57,601 nucleotides of DNA from an uncultured virus (IMG/VR IMGVR_UViG_3300029953_000007) (IMGVR_UViG_3300029953_000007), one strand, 5' to 3'; shown: positions 31,701 to 39,946, counted from the stretch's first letter. Notes: generated from the sequence alone by a model not told the origin. Program-made: numbers and translations.

Positions 31701-32544
31701 TACTTTTCATAAAGTCAAATTGACTATAGAAAGAGCCTTCTTTAGTTAAAGTATCTTGACGAGATAACACTTGCTTTCCTGAAGGATCGCGACCACTAAG
31801 TGTTTCATAAAATGGAAGTCCTTGAGCATTTAATTTGTCTTCACCTTGCTTATGAATTATTTTTCCTTTATCATCACGAATATCAGAATCATACTGTGCA
31901 AGGACTAAAGGTTCACTTAAGAAACCATATAAGTTAAAAAGACCTGTATCTTCTGGTTTATAATTAAGTTGTTTACCTGTAGTAGGATCTACTACATTTT
32001 GAGTAGTAGCGACTTGTTGTATACTAAGTTTTGGATCAGACCACTTATTAAATTCAGTTAAACCGTAAAATGAACCTTGAGCAGTCTTAAGATTAGTGAA
32101 AGGGTCTTTACTAACAAGTGATACTTGTACTGGTTGTCTACGTATATTCATACCTAAATACCTTGTCATAGAGTCATCACTTACTATATTAGTAGCTGCA
32201 TTAGTTACAGATGGTGCTGATTGTATATAGTTGTTATAAGACTGTACAGCTTTCTGATAGTATGAGTTAAAAGCATTATTATCAAACTTACCATCTTGTC
32301 CAGTAAATAACTTTTGTATCTTAGAAGTACTTTTATAAAAGTCAGGAGTACTTAATGTTGTATTATCAGGATCAACTCCCATTGAAGTTAAATCTGAAGG
32401 ACTCTTTCCACCTCCTGTTTGTAATTGTACAGCTATCCAGTCAAAACCAGATGAGTCAGGTTGTGATGTAGCAGGTATAGGTGTATATTGAGGTACTGAA
32501 GTTTGTGTTGCAACTGGTGTTGCATTATCCGGCATTGCGTTCAT
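22786..32544 (-). CDS. Giant virion cargo protein (3252 aa) with central superfamily-1 helicase-like P-loop domain and N-terminal hydrophobic segments
   Basis: Walker A GSSGTGKTT (~27499-27525), Walker B ATDEFTH, motif III VLGDANQ, SLRSG, motif V EVQGGEY, motif VI NTMLSRA (~26341). Confidence 0.82.
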   Translation of the reverse strand: MNAMPDNATPVATQTSVPQYTPIPATSQPDSSGFDWIAVQLQTGGGKSPSDLTSMGVDPDNTTLSTPDFYKSTSKIQKLFTGQDGKFDNNAFNSYYQKAVQSYNNYIQSAPSVTNAATNIVSDDSMTRYLGMNIRRQPVQVSLVSKDPFTNLKTAQGSFYGLTEFNKWSDPKLSIQQVATTQNVVDPTTGKQLNYKPEDTGLFNLYGFLSEPLVLAQYDSDIRDDKGKIIHKQGEDKLNAQGLPFYETLSGRDPSGKQVLSRQDTLTKEGSFYSQFDFMKSNQIQKGAVSSIIKAAVQYLPMLIPGVGEAYSAYVIAQGLVDSGASIAKAVDGIINGDSAKQDSLYKWANTLQGYTGQLKGGVSQYGKDTWYSPENLLNQAVDALYILKSQNNLVKWPQEFTKWKMAKELGVATDGMLSVGDAATNALGLGSDVDLSAYVAKYGGNPEGVMKSIQALQQNQNLFVKYSTYAQHFSTAYMAASTAASISNLADQRGIDERDKGFLYLGYTAALIPFFSSGFGRWVNKAMGGSIEEANEAAKPALENARDTINEGWSSLSPDDAAKVADNALQTQAPALDDITTKTSKVLGQSTIKEKAMFNLAVGKQLGDKVVKYLKGLNTNEFKGAIIANAVDMTSQKAISDGLQVVYNGLSSAGLTSSQENKQFDINPISFAKDLISEGFSGAIGGAMFHLAGIATGSHPAPTYSANKVIDYVNAGHIQELYAAHADMLKKGQFGSTKLSMTPMTDENGDVIPGVFKPVSKENPLSQNQAIGEKVLAGIKMLESLKSAYNMQDPDKTAAAKNDFYNGIIDTKTDTDLYLQLNHAMKNVFKLGTDIRSYDKLDKNGDDESLINKKAELSLALKQLKHLQGNDSIDEFFTQGLFNIRMDINEPFGVDNRETIAQREAGRPYKQLNSVQQTKVDDMYKKYVLDPDTGLMPSLQKAYQEYKHFDEKMESKGYYREIQTFRESVEHLKKYVMKMPLPYFNQEPTIGLAKVGTEEQGKQHIESLLTNEQGFLEDSETHALTQDYMSKLAGVKYVPDYIYDHVKKAISLTASHEANGKLGELANGPGIPEGLTEPQLLERFNKLNQFRITVNGALNKDLSNELIKEYVNKLVGDKNFKEFTETPEFKDLQTNKSPESNYSTLKVLKDLAFHAQNIDPTKLNEQRQIAYQLDKLDEPKPTGEFDNGPVINTFEQYADGNIDKNNPIISEFSRIDGLIDYINTSIQKGLPYEMWERYLSTEGLQRFININHLQKTIGRDLTEGERDNLFTTFNTNNIYTRLLTEGKYNLGNSDLNLHTINSIDDTNLRSAIDTVRNFNQTRIPSPLRGDNDHPESSKSILRDVYKTLNSEIENLDTVGTSNYLNADDSFTELLDTQINAIKRIGALLNAANTSNPIINDFRANHRGLLSDDLRDKVLTILDNDDLGTLGNELNRVYRQVNYLKDLNEFNKNNTIARLLREDGFELSAKVQSLNDLAQDPDILKLIPSLGALQADQDINNFVSSYKSASDDSKLTALSKFAKIEENIYQDVQNLTDDDKKVLVNKSFRPINSSAKDFYDNISGDEPLNDSHRTIYLATIFGSSTINFYANYAGKYDSDAEAFTNLNKTPYIPFAKQESAVRVANLVINGDPTIIRMFLNAYSYDGSTDIVSDFSSPKDGNTSFDSSNLVAILGSSGTGKTTAVLYSIMNMIPDEDSNVMLLTPKNRQFNTLRGTLINGGYEKRLDDRSSTVREFINNLNLKYKDGSKYDVTKNDEILNGVDIDKKETGNAKIDFYTKFDTQVFDKLDLYDNKKLKPEIANLFSKTRLFATDEFTHLNPIDLCLITNLINDYNKTDIVLQDPSKRSSIVVLGDANQMGFLKDDGTRRDYTNVATTIISQPLLTSLRSGWDLINNTLVDLQRRTMEVKEISGVDPAALTTSEIIQKYRDQHLQLFNYQGVDGNIGMKSIKVDGNLKASDLSFITDNKSKTFKDKDGNDIPVKGKDIVYIINSDIDIPRAQALLREALGANWEGLADIEIYKPEEVQGGEYKYTIIDAKPRLTPNDPKSNDYDYSLVRVHEFLNTMLSRATEATLLIEDPSITNYIGLDNVAKGKATNQKKITDQVIAQVKKNKQIVLAAILGEDYVPQGAKPGSKIDTSAVPPPKPIADLYSNSFPIELTQDPLNPKSPAAKINTGIDLENKINKAKVKDIVAYTTYSTKADFDLISSIPSVADDIDTLKTEDMKKSHIENIIQSLKYYIVKGPIISENNVALKANFEQYLKQYDYNSPIFYIEAAKKEGTNVQYGRSEDYWQDPKPDQFLFSLRVKLPSKTGEQPLDITLGLLNSFTNLENKFKAAQNNESKVPLTKDDTDVNTFIKHVRTWLISGDRNSSKQGVWEEGKWRSRDLSAREWRSISETWDGRYNVNDPKTPPVYPTLKDLKAKYPDYHISEPQVIVSLFKDENGKLIVDDAGDPIQDFRGKSVVFMSEYKELQKVKNDDLLNIYLKQLKLFGTKDFLSLDKDGKEAYIKSKPDRIQVDGQFTLPYKPNMVQMIRLDTPRDSFLGFRQKFLAAIHDQESGGNVFDLFEKFDMSPYVKDRLAKSLLTIKQFIESTPDNKQWFKEEVLDEVNKTLDTKIEELRTHVLNTYGETGDAFQDNDSFKTLMLDPLKPFKRGVDEFSEYLNDLLDLNDPHTIFRRKFDTDINKINSAHVPDKKNSNPVQASDLQITLTPDKRVDFNQSILDLNLLNLFNKTKNLNFAAAIDKALIEFTKFPQGETRFDNYRLDKVLKDGQLENLVIASRAALKGYQISNMLADVKSTGHEFIVPFRGIQQAAYNIDFAKLLSLHDSENLPITESEVSALHINTNQRLQLFDELGDKWLTSKFGDFNNDLRKLTNTNDQYNFLQGINDKIDSLNEIERVVPSNEILSPGTKTTYQVSPNGIVAIDTVESEVKRGLIEQQDEFSKLTHDQITLENVSFNKNKAVFKAKVGDSEFKVTYDAKTGNIDPQRLDTETWQEKLQRFFPDLKTSAEINQATTDILSKVVKDTSEQVNPSKLLTIDSMKDELGHRLYNLLTPEQTQVLLPDTKTTDKDYYSNLMDSYVDNFVKDGKNWYTKVSDMAKTVMDNNRDSALGLDTEEPDPIEAEVKEESKVDKLNLLKKDVNSADNKAIEEFKLEAGKLFNNIPKEQQTTLRDWIKNYQLRHRLAIANKIVTGREFSLEQLDLKKDFTKFTDKQLSDEFQDKIEQDPDLYEQYRVAFNKLTKYRVEKSSNNC

Positions 32545-32548
32545 ATTA

Positions 32549-34396
32549 TTATTGTAAAGATTGTCTATCCATATTTAACTGTTGAGCTGTAGCTGGTTGT
32601 CCATAAGGAGTTCCTCTAGTTCCATCATTTCCTTGTCCATAACCTTGTTGTATTTCATAAGCCTCTTGAGGTACTTTAGCATAATTTCCATCTTTTGCAT
32701 TCCAAGTTGGAAGACCTTTCATTGGTATATAAATTACATGTTGACGTGCGTCATTTTGCCAGAAATGATAATGCTTTGTTAAACTACCATCAGGATCTAA
32801 TATTTTCTGTAATACTTCTTTATTAGTACCATCTATATTTTTATAATAGTCTCCATCACGACTAGTAAAGAATTCATCATCAAAAGACGAAGTGAGTGCC
32901 GCTACAAACTTTTTAGTTTGCATACCGGTTACACCTGTTTGTTGGCGTAATTGAGCATCTTTTATAGCATCTTCTTGTGTTAAAGGATTACCTTGTTGAT
33001 TGTAATTAATACTTGATGATTTTTTAGCATCAAGATATTGAGCAAATTTCTTAGCACCTTCAATATCAATACTATAGTTACCATTACCATCGGTAGTAAA
33101 TGGCATTTCGGTTACATAAGCTTCACCTGTTATAGAAGTTAAATTAGGATTAACTTTATCACCATTTGCAGTAAACGCTTGATCTAAATAAGTTAAACCT
33201 GCAAGTTTAGTATTAGCTAAAGGAATTTTTTCATTATCTTTTCCTGTATATGCTTCAACTGGAACAGCAGACCCATAAGTATCTACTTTCACAGCTTGTT
33301 TCTTTGTAAGGTCTGGTGCAGTTATTGAGTAAGGTACAGTATCAATGGTCATTGAGAACGCTTGTCCATAAGGACCCCAATCAGCTTGTTTATCAGATGC
33401 CTTAGCTGCTTTACTACCTTTAGTCATTGTTTCATCAAAAGTAGTAGTGTTCTTTTCTTCATAAGCAGGATTAAGTAATTGAGACATCATGTTATAGGCT
33501 ACTCCATCAATTTGATTCGGATCACTAGTTTCAGTAGCAGCTCTAGCACGTAATGTAGCTTTCGCACCAGGAGAAAGATTAACCCATAAAGCTTGTTGTG
33601 CAGCTTTTATTTGCATAGAGTTATTCTCAGTAGTTTGACCATTCTTAATTTTAAATGCACCACTCTTAGCTGCTTCAGCCAACTCTGCTATATTATCTGC
33701 TTGGTTACTTTGAAAAGTGCCATTTACAACTGTATTTGAGGAACGACCTATCTTATCAAGCGCTTTATAAACTTCTTCTTGAATTTTAGGCATACCAACA
33801 GCACTATTAAGTACACCAAATATAGCACTATTACCTGAAAGAGATTGGTTATACTCACGTTGTTCAGCTAACTGTGCATTAGTAAGTGGATTATATTTAT
33901 TTTTATTTTGAGCATATTCAGCAAAACCCACTTGAGTTATTTTACCACTATCATTATCACGAACTATCATTCCTGAATCTGTAGCAGCTAATTCCCCTAA
34001 AGCATTGTTTGAACGAGCGTTTTCAACAGATGTATCGAAGTCTTGCTTACTTCTTACAAGGGCATTAAGTTGACCTAAGTCCCCTTTTAACATCATACGA
34101 ATCTGACGACCTTGATATGAATTTCTTTGAAAGTCATTCATAAATTGATACTGTTGATAGGCAGATTGTAATTGTTGAGAATAATTCATTGTATCTGTTG
34201 TAATTCCTTTACCCAACATACGACGCATAATCGCAGGGTCTAAATATGTCTCTGGAGTATCTGTTTCAGATTGACCAGTTGGACCACCGTTTTGCTGTTG
34301 AGGAGCTTGTTGCTGTTGAGGAAGAACTTCGTTTGTTGGAACAGCCTGATAGTTAAGATAACCACCAGACTGTAAGTTCTTTATATTTATTTTCAT
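32549..34396 (-). CDS. Putative virion cargo protein (615 aa)
   Basis: Long ORF in the cargo cluster, coupled to its neighbours (1-nt overlap and 4-nt gap); starts MKINIKNLQSGG. Confidence 0.7.
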   Translation of the reverse strand: MKINIKNLQSGGYLNYQAVPTNEVLPQQQQAPQQQNGGPTGQSETDTPETYLDPAIMRRMLGKGITTDTMNYSQQLQSAYQQYQFMNDFQRNSYQGRQIRMMLKGDLGQLNALVRSKQDFDTSVENARSNNALGELAATDSGMIVRDNDSGKITQVGFAEYAQNKNKYNPLTNAQLAEQREYNQSLSGNSAIFGVLNSAVGMPKIQEEVYKALDKIGRSSNTVVNGTFQSNQADNIAELAEAAKSGAFKIKNGQTTENNSMQIKAAQQALWVNLSPGAKATLRARAATETSDPNQIDGVAYNMMSQLLNPAYEEKNTTTFDETMTKGSKAAKASDKQADWGPYGQAFSMTIDTVPYSITAPDLTKKQAVKVDTYGSAVPVEAYTGKDNEKIPLANTKLAGLTYLDQAFTANGDKVNPNLTSITGEAYVTEMPFTTDGNGNYSIDIEGAKKFAQYLDAKKSSSINYNQQGNPLTQEDAIKDAQLRQQTGVTGMQTKKFVAALTSSFDDEFFTSRDGDYYKNIDGTNKEVLQKILDPDGSLTKHYHFWQNDARQHVIYIPMKGLPTWNAKDGNYAKVPQEAYEIQQGYGQGNDGTRGTPYGQPATAQQLNMDRQSLQ

Positions 34397-37300
34397 TAGC
34401 TTAATGCTTTCATTATTAACTGTTGAATTGATTTAGATGCTTGAAGCTCTTGTTTTTCTTCTCCTTCTGATTGTGCTTTAAGTGTAGCTAAACTATTAGC
34501 TTTTACTTGTCTTACATTAGCTGCATTTTCTTTTGACTGTTCCACAGCAACCTTTGAATTAGCAAGTATTGTTGCTGAAGCTGTACCACCACTAGCAAGT
34601 AATCTTAAAGTACCACCAGCTTTTTGTGTAGGTAAAGGAGTTGAAGGATCAAATAAGTTACTAGATCTCCAATTACCATAGTTCTTAGCTACTTGAAGCT
34701 GTCCATATTGAAGTTTATTTTGAAGAGGATAAGAGTTAGTTATTAATTCTTGTATTCGTTTATTATTAGCTTCATACCTATCTTTTTCAGGTTGAGTAAC
34801 ACTATCAGGATTATAACGCATTTTATTATTAATACCTTCATTTTCCATTTGTAATGAGTTCATTTCCATCATCATAGGTCTCATAGCCATATTATATTGG
34901 TTTTGTATAGCATTTTGACCTATTTGTGTATTTAACTGACGTTGCTGTAAAAACTGTTGATTATTACTTGCGTCTTGTTTAGCCCACCAATCGTTAATAG
35001 GAGCATTCATTGAAACCATCTTCTGATTTAAAGCTTCACGTTCAGCTTGTGTAGCACGAGCATTAGTTTGTACGTTCTGATTTGCAATTTGATTACGCGC
35101 TTGAGCAGCTTGTGACTGTTGCTGATAAGACATTTGACGTGTTTTATCTAACATATCATTACTTTGCATTACACCTTGTTGACGTAGTTGCTCACCTTTA
35201 AATCCTGCATTAAGAAGAGCACCAGCATTAATTCCTGCATCACTTGTTAATTGAAGTCCTGTATTACGCATTAAGTCATTAGCACCCTGATTAGAAGCGG
35301 TTATAGCTGATAGATTACCATGAACTGATACTGGAACTTCTACTGGAGCATTTAACATTGGACGCTCAACACGAGTGTCTATCTGTGAGTTAACTTGCCT
35401 TGCGTATAAAGCACGTCCTAATTCTGATACAGAACTTGGATCAAGATTCTTAGGTGTTAAATTAGAAAGAGAACTTCCTACACTACCCCAAAAAGTCTTA
35501 TTATTAGGAACATCACCATTTTGTATTGGTGGTGGATTCCAATTTGCATTTTGAGATTGTACAATAGGTAATGTAGAAGGAGTGTTATTAGTTATAGGTT
35601 TTATCCCTAAAGCTTTTCCTACAAGAGTATTTGGATCGTCTCCACTACCATAAATTTCATCATCAGAAAGAAAAGGAACTATACCACTATTTTGAAACTT
35701 AGGAATACGACCACCTTCTTTAAATTTAAGACCTTTACCTTTAGTTTCTTTTTTATTCTGTAAAGCTGTTTGTAAACGTTCTCCTAAAGTATTTTCTTCA
35801 TAGTCTTTATTACGTGCATTACCTTCAATTGTATTTTGAGTATAATTTTTATAGAAAGCACTTTTATAAGGATCTTGCTTAGATATAGACTGCTTAACTT
35901 GTGGTAATGACGGTGTTGCTAAAGTCTTATTAGGACTAATACCATCACTTGCACTAGTAATTCCACCACGTTCCTTAGGTTGTAATTTTATAAGTTTTAT
36001 AAGATTATCAGCTGTAATAGCTTGTCTATCATCCATTGATGGAGATACATAATGATTATCTAACACTTCTCCCTTTTCTCCAGGTCTAAGTTGTATTTTA
36101 TTTATTATCTTATCTGCTGTTAATTTCTTACCTACAGTTGAAGATGCTGATTTATAATTAGGATCACGAATGATATTATCACTAGCAGAAGTTACACTAC
36201 CTTTACTTTTAGGTTGAAGTTTAATCATAGCTAATAAATCATTAGCAGTTGGTTCTCCTTTACCTTCATTTAACTTAGATATACTTTCTTGACTTTGACC
36301 ACTACTAGCTAAAGGATTAACTTTATCATTGGAAGGTCTAAGAACATTCTCTTGATCCTCATATGGGATTACAAAGTTTGTACCTTGTCTATCATTAGAT
36401 GTTGGAGCAGGAAGTTGTTTAAATCTAAAAGATTGAGTACCTGTTCCAGTATTTTCAATTGGTGCAGTTATAGTAGGTGTTACTGGTTCTACAGTAGGTG
36501 TTACTGGTTTGACTGGAGATGCATACTTCATTCTATAACTATTAGCTATCCAATTTAAACCACTTCCATCCTTAGTAGGACCTTCATCTGGATTAGCACC
36601 TGACCAAAATCTACCACCATCTATTGTATATTTATCAGCACCAGTTATATTAGGATTCTGTGCTATTGTATTAGGTATTGCAAATTTCTTTTGATACCAA
36701 TTAGCATTGTCATAATCTATAAGTTGTCTACCATTACTATTTAAGTCTATTTTAGGAACATTAACATTAGTCCCTTTATCACCAAGTAAGCCAAATGATT
36801 TCTTATTTATAAAACTTCTAGTGTCATTAAGAATAGAAGTGTTAATTTTAGTTAAATCTGCATTTGGGTCTTTAGTTTTTATTATACCTTTTAATAAGTC
36901 AAGTTGCTCAGTAGGTTTTGCACTTTGAATAGTACTTAGCTCAGAAGCGCTTAAGTCATAAGGTTTACCTGCTACCTTTACACTAGCAGTTTGACCACCA
37001 GATTTTGTAGCAATATAAGGATCAGCTAAACGTTTACCAGCAATTGCTGCTTGTATACCACCTGCAATATTTTGCCAATCGTCTATAGTAGCTTGACCAC
37101 TAGTTACTTTATATAGAGAACCTAGAGCCTTAGCAGCACCTATACCAGTGAAAACTCCTTGTATTAATTTAGACGATCCTTTAACCATTTTAGCTAACTT
37201 ACCCATATCAGCCGCTTCACCTAAACCTGGAATTGCTGTAGCTGCATCTAAAGCTAAACTTCCACCAACACTAACTAAATCACCCCATTTCCAACCACGT

Positions 37301-39372
37301 TTCATAACATTAGAAGTTTCATCAGCAATTGTAGAACCAACACCACCTAAAGCAGATACTACAGATGCACCAGGAGCTGGAATAAACCCTATACCAAGAC
37401 TAACTAATTGACCTGCTATAGCTCCAAGTTCTGTTTTATCAGCAGTTGATAAGTTTCCTGAGTTGCCATCAAATACTTTACCAGCATTTGCAGAATGAAA
37501 ACTTTTATCACCACTATTACTATCCCAGTCTATTTTTGCACCAGTTTGTGCTTTAAGTATGCCACCTTTTTTATAATTTTGAGTATCTAATGCTTTCTGT
37601 ATGCTTATTTTAGCTTCACTTGAAAGTTTAGGTGTTTTATTAGGAGTATTATAAACTCCTGAATTATAAGGTATCCTATATGGGTCAGTTACAGTTATTT
37701 TATTATCAGATTTATTACCTAAGTCAATTCTATTCCCTTTAGCATCTTCAAGGAAATCACGACCATCTACATCTGTTTTTATAATGCCATCAGTAGTCTT
37801 ACCATTAGCTGCCATATGTCTATATCTAACCAAACCATCTGTATTAATATTAGTTTTACCAGGAACTAAGTAAGCAGCTAAACGTTCTCCTTTATTAATA
37901 AGATCGGGATAACTTCCAGTAACAGCGGCTGCTTTAACATGTTGTCCAGCAGCAATTTCTTTTCTAAATATAAAGTCATTAGCGGTATTACTATCATCAA
38001 GTCTATTACCATCTTCATCAGGTTCACTCAAATCTTTTAATCCAGATACTCTATCGTTTCTACTCTGAACCATTTTATGTTCTTGAGCTTGAAGACCTGC
38101 TAAATCTTGTGGACTATCATTTCTATGAGCATTCCAAAACTCCTGATAACTAACTCTTTTCCCGTTTAATGCGTAAGGAGAGTTTGAAAGATCACCTGAT
38201 TTACTTTCAAATGCTGAATCAACTTTTGGATCTGGGGGTAATATACCGTTAATAGGAGCACCATTTTGATATTCTGTACCATCTTCCATTTTACCAGTAA
38301 ATAGATTTTTAAGATCTGCATCAGAGTATGTAATACCTTTATTTGTAAATTTATATCCTTGCTGTTGTAACTCTTGATTATGTTTTAGGTTAGTAGCATC
38401 ATTAGTTAACTTAGCTTTTTGATCATCAATTCCTTTTTGTTGAGCTTGCTGTTCAGGAGTAAGTGCTGAATTTCTATTCAAGTAAGAGTTCCATTCAGGA
38501 CCTACTTGTAGATCACGAGAAAGACCTTGTAGACCTTCCATTGTAATATCAGAAGGTAGTTGACCATTATTATAACCAGCTTTAGTCATTGCTGCTCTAG
38601 CATCATTTACAGATAAGCCCCATTTAGATTTAAATGCTTTTTGATTATCAGGATCATCAAGACCTTTATCAAAGAGAGTAGAACCTATTCTTTCAAAACC
38701 ACCTTTAGCTATAGTTCCTTGACCTGTCTTACCTGACCAATAATCATCATATGTATACTTAGTATTCTGACCACCTACAATACCATAAAGATTTGTAGCA
38801 GGATCTCTCATTCTATTAACATTAGCCATATAATCGGCACTTGCAGTGTTCTTATCTTGTAGTGCTTTAGCAGCATCTGCATCACTTTTAGTTTTTGCGG
38901 TAGCTAAATCATCACTATGAGCTTGTGCTATATAGTTACCTATTAAAGGATTAAGTTTAGCCATAGCTTGAGTATCACTAAAACTATGACCTGAGACTAC
39001 ATTACCTATACCTGATTTTTGAGCAACTGAACCATCAGGATTTAATCCTAAATTAGCACCTGGAGCACCAGCATAGGTAGAATTTACATACTTACCATTA
39101 TTTGTATTTATATTATATGTACCAGATTTAGCTTGATCAACAAACTGTTGATACACCTTCTGAAAATGTTGTAACTCATTAGGATCATTATGACCAGCTG
39201 ATTGTAATTGTGATTGTACATAACCCCAGCCCTCAGAGTTTAATTTTTGAGGGTCCATTGATGCAGCTTGACCGTTTATCTTTAAATTTATATTTGGGTT
39301 AGGGTTTGTCAATGGTGTTTGAGCAGGAGTTTGTGTAGTTCCTCCACCATCATATTTTCTGACTTGTGACAT
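34396..39372 (-). CDS. Putative virion cargo/ejection protein (1658 aa) with Gly/Ala-rich membrane-insertion-like region
   Basis: ELGAIAGQLVSLGIGFIPAPGASVVSALGGVG..LALDAATAIPGLG segment and Gln/Asn-rich coiled C-terminus; position in the cargo cluster. Confidence 0.7.
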   Translation of the reverse strand: MSQVRKYDGGGTTQTPAQTPLTNPNPNINLKINGQAASMDPQKLNSEGWGYVQSQLQSAGHNDPNELQHFQKVYQQFVDQAKSGTYNINTNNGKYVNSTYAGAPGANLGLNPDGSVAQKSGIGNVVSGHSFSDTQAMAKLNPLIGNYIAQAHSDDLATAKTKSDADAAKALQDKNTASADYMANVNRMRDPATNLYGIVGGQNTKYTYDDYWSGKTGQGTIAKGGFERIGSTLFDKGLDDPDNQKAFKSKWGLSVNDARAAMTKAGYNNGQLPSDITMEGLQGLSRDLQVGPEWNSYLNRNSALTPEQQAQQKGIDDQKAKLTNDATNLKHNQELQQQGYKFTNKGITYSDADLKNLFTGKMEDGTEYQNGAPINGILPPDPKVDSAFESKSGDLSNSPYALNGKRVSYQEFWNAHRNDSPQDLAGLQAQEHKMVQSRNDRVSGLKDLSEPDEDGNRLDDSNTANDFIFRKEIAAGQHVKAAAVTGSYPDLINKGERLAAYLVPGKTNINTDGLVRYRHMAANGKTTDGIIKTDVDGRDFLEDAKGNRIDLGNKSDNKITVTDPYRIPYNSGVYNTPNKTPKLSSEAKISIQKALDTQNYKKGGILKAQTGAKIDWDSNSGDKSFHSANAGKVFDGNSGNLSTADKTELGAIAGQLVSLGIGFIPAPGASVVSALGGVGSTIADETSNVMKRGWKWGDLVSVGGSLALDAATAIPGLGEAADMGKLAKMVKGSSKLIQGVFTGIGAAKALGSLYKVTSGQATIDDWQNIAGGIQAAIAGKRLADPYIATKSGGQTASVKVAGKPYDLSASELSTIQSAKPTEQLDLLKGIIKTKDPNADLTKINTSILNDTRSFINKKSFGLLGDKGTNVNVPKIDLNSNGRQLIDYDNANWYQKKFAIPNTIAQNPNITGADKYTIDGGRFWSGANPDEGPTKDGSGLNWIANSYRMKYASPVKPVTPTVEPVTPTITAPIENTGTGTQSFRFKQLPAPTSNDRQGTNFVIPYEDQENVLRPSNDKVNPLASSGQSQESISKLNEGKGEPTANDLLAMIKLQPKSKGSVTSASDNIIRDPNYKSASSTVGKKLTADKIINKIQLRPGEKGEVLDNHYVSPSMDDRQAITADNLIKLIKLQPKERGGITSASDGISPNKTLATPSLPQVKQSISKQDPYKSAFYKNYTQNTIEGNARNKDYEENTLGERLQTALQNKKETKGKGLKFKEGGRIPKFQNSGIVPFLSDDEIYGSGDDPNTLVGKALGIKPITNNTPSTLPIVQSQNANWNPPPIQNGDVPNNKTFWGSVGSSLSNLTPKNLDPSSVSELGRALYARQVNSQIDTRVERPMLNAPVEVPVSVHGNLSAITASNQGANDLMRNTGLQLTSDAGINAGALLNAGFKGEQLRQQGVMQSNDMLDKTRQMSYQQQSQAAQARNQIANQNVQTNARATQAEREALNQKMVSMNAPINDWWAKQDASNNQQFLQQRQLNTQIGQNAIQNQYNMAMRPMMMEMNSLQMENEGINNKMRYNPDSVTQPEKDRYEANNKRIQELITNSYPLQNKLQYGQLQVAKNYGNWRSSNLFDPSTPLPTQKAGGTLRLLASGGTASATILANSKVAVEQSKENAANVRQVKANSLATLKAQSEGEEKQELQASKSIQQLIMKALS
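35939..36253 (-). repeat. Three degenerate ~35-40-aa repeats inside the 1658-aa protein
   Basis: PTANDLLAMIKLQPKSKGSVTSASDNI / LTADKIINKIQLRPGEKGEVLD / ITADNLIKLIKLQPKERGGITSASDGI. Confidence 0.8.
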
Positions 39373-39393
39373 TTTTGCGTTTTTAAATGTAAA

Positions 39394-39426
39394 TAAAAAG
39401 GGAGTATGTGTTCTACATACTCCCTT
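39394..39426 (-). terminator. Intrinsic terminator after the 116-aa gene
   Basis: Hairpin AAGGGAGTATGT-AGAAC-ACATACTCCCTT running into a T-run on the minus strand. Confidence 0.85.
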
Positions 39427-39435
39427 GACTATTTC

Positions 39436-39786
39436 TTAGTTACGTCTTATTAGGACACCACCACGTCTATAGGTTGGAGCACCTTGTTGAGGTTGTCCAC
39501 CTCCTTGTGAAGGATCTCCCTGACCACCTTGTTGACCTTGCTGTGCTTGGGATAATACTTGTAAAAGTCCATCACAAACTGCTAAAGCTGCTTGGCAATC
39601 TTTTGATTGTAATGCTTGTTGTGCCATTTGCACTAATTGAGCTACTGGATCTTGTTGTCCTTGTTGTGAAGGATCGCCTCCCTGTGAAGGATCTTGTGCA
39701 CCACCTGGAGCACCTTGTGATGGGTCACCACCTTGTGGAGCTTGACCACCATCCTGAAGTTTTGTAATTTTGTTTGATAGTTTCAT
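39436..39786 (-). CDS. Small Gln/Gly/Pro-rich protein (116 aa), probable abundant virion/internal protein
   Basis: Own promoters and terminator; four DPSQ repeats flank a helical core DPVAQLVQMAQQALQSKDCQAALAVCDGLLQVL. Confidence 0.8.
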   Translation of the reverse strand: MKLSNKITKLQDGGQAPQGGDPSQGAPGGAQDPSQGGDPSQQGQQDPVAQLVQMAQQALQSKDCQAALAVCDGLLQVLSQAQQGQQGGQGDPSQGGGQPQQGAPTYRRGGVLIRRN

Positions 39787-39858
39787 TACTATAATAAGTT
39801 CTTTAATTAGCTGATCGATCTTTATAGTTCATATTTACATTTTTAAGTGGAGTAAGTC

Positions 39859-39918
39859 CAAATATAGCTCAATAGCTAAATCTTTACAAAGATACGAAAA
39901 ATATATCAAATGACCAAA
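39859..39918 (-). promoter_or_regulatory. Two nested Bacteroidota sigma-A promoters
   Basis: Minus strand: TTTG(39918-39915)-N20-TATCTTTG(39894-39887)-N20-TATATTTG(39866-39859). Confidence 0.8.
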
Positions 39919-39946
39919 TTTATTTTGAACTATTTATCTAAGTTTA

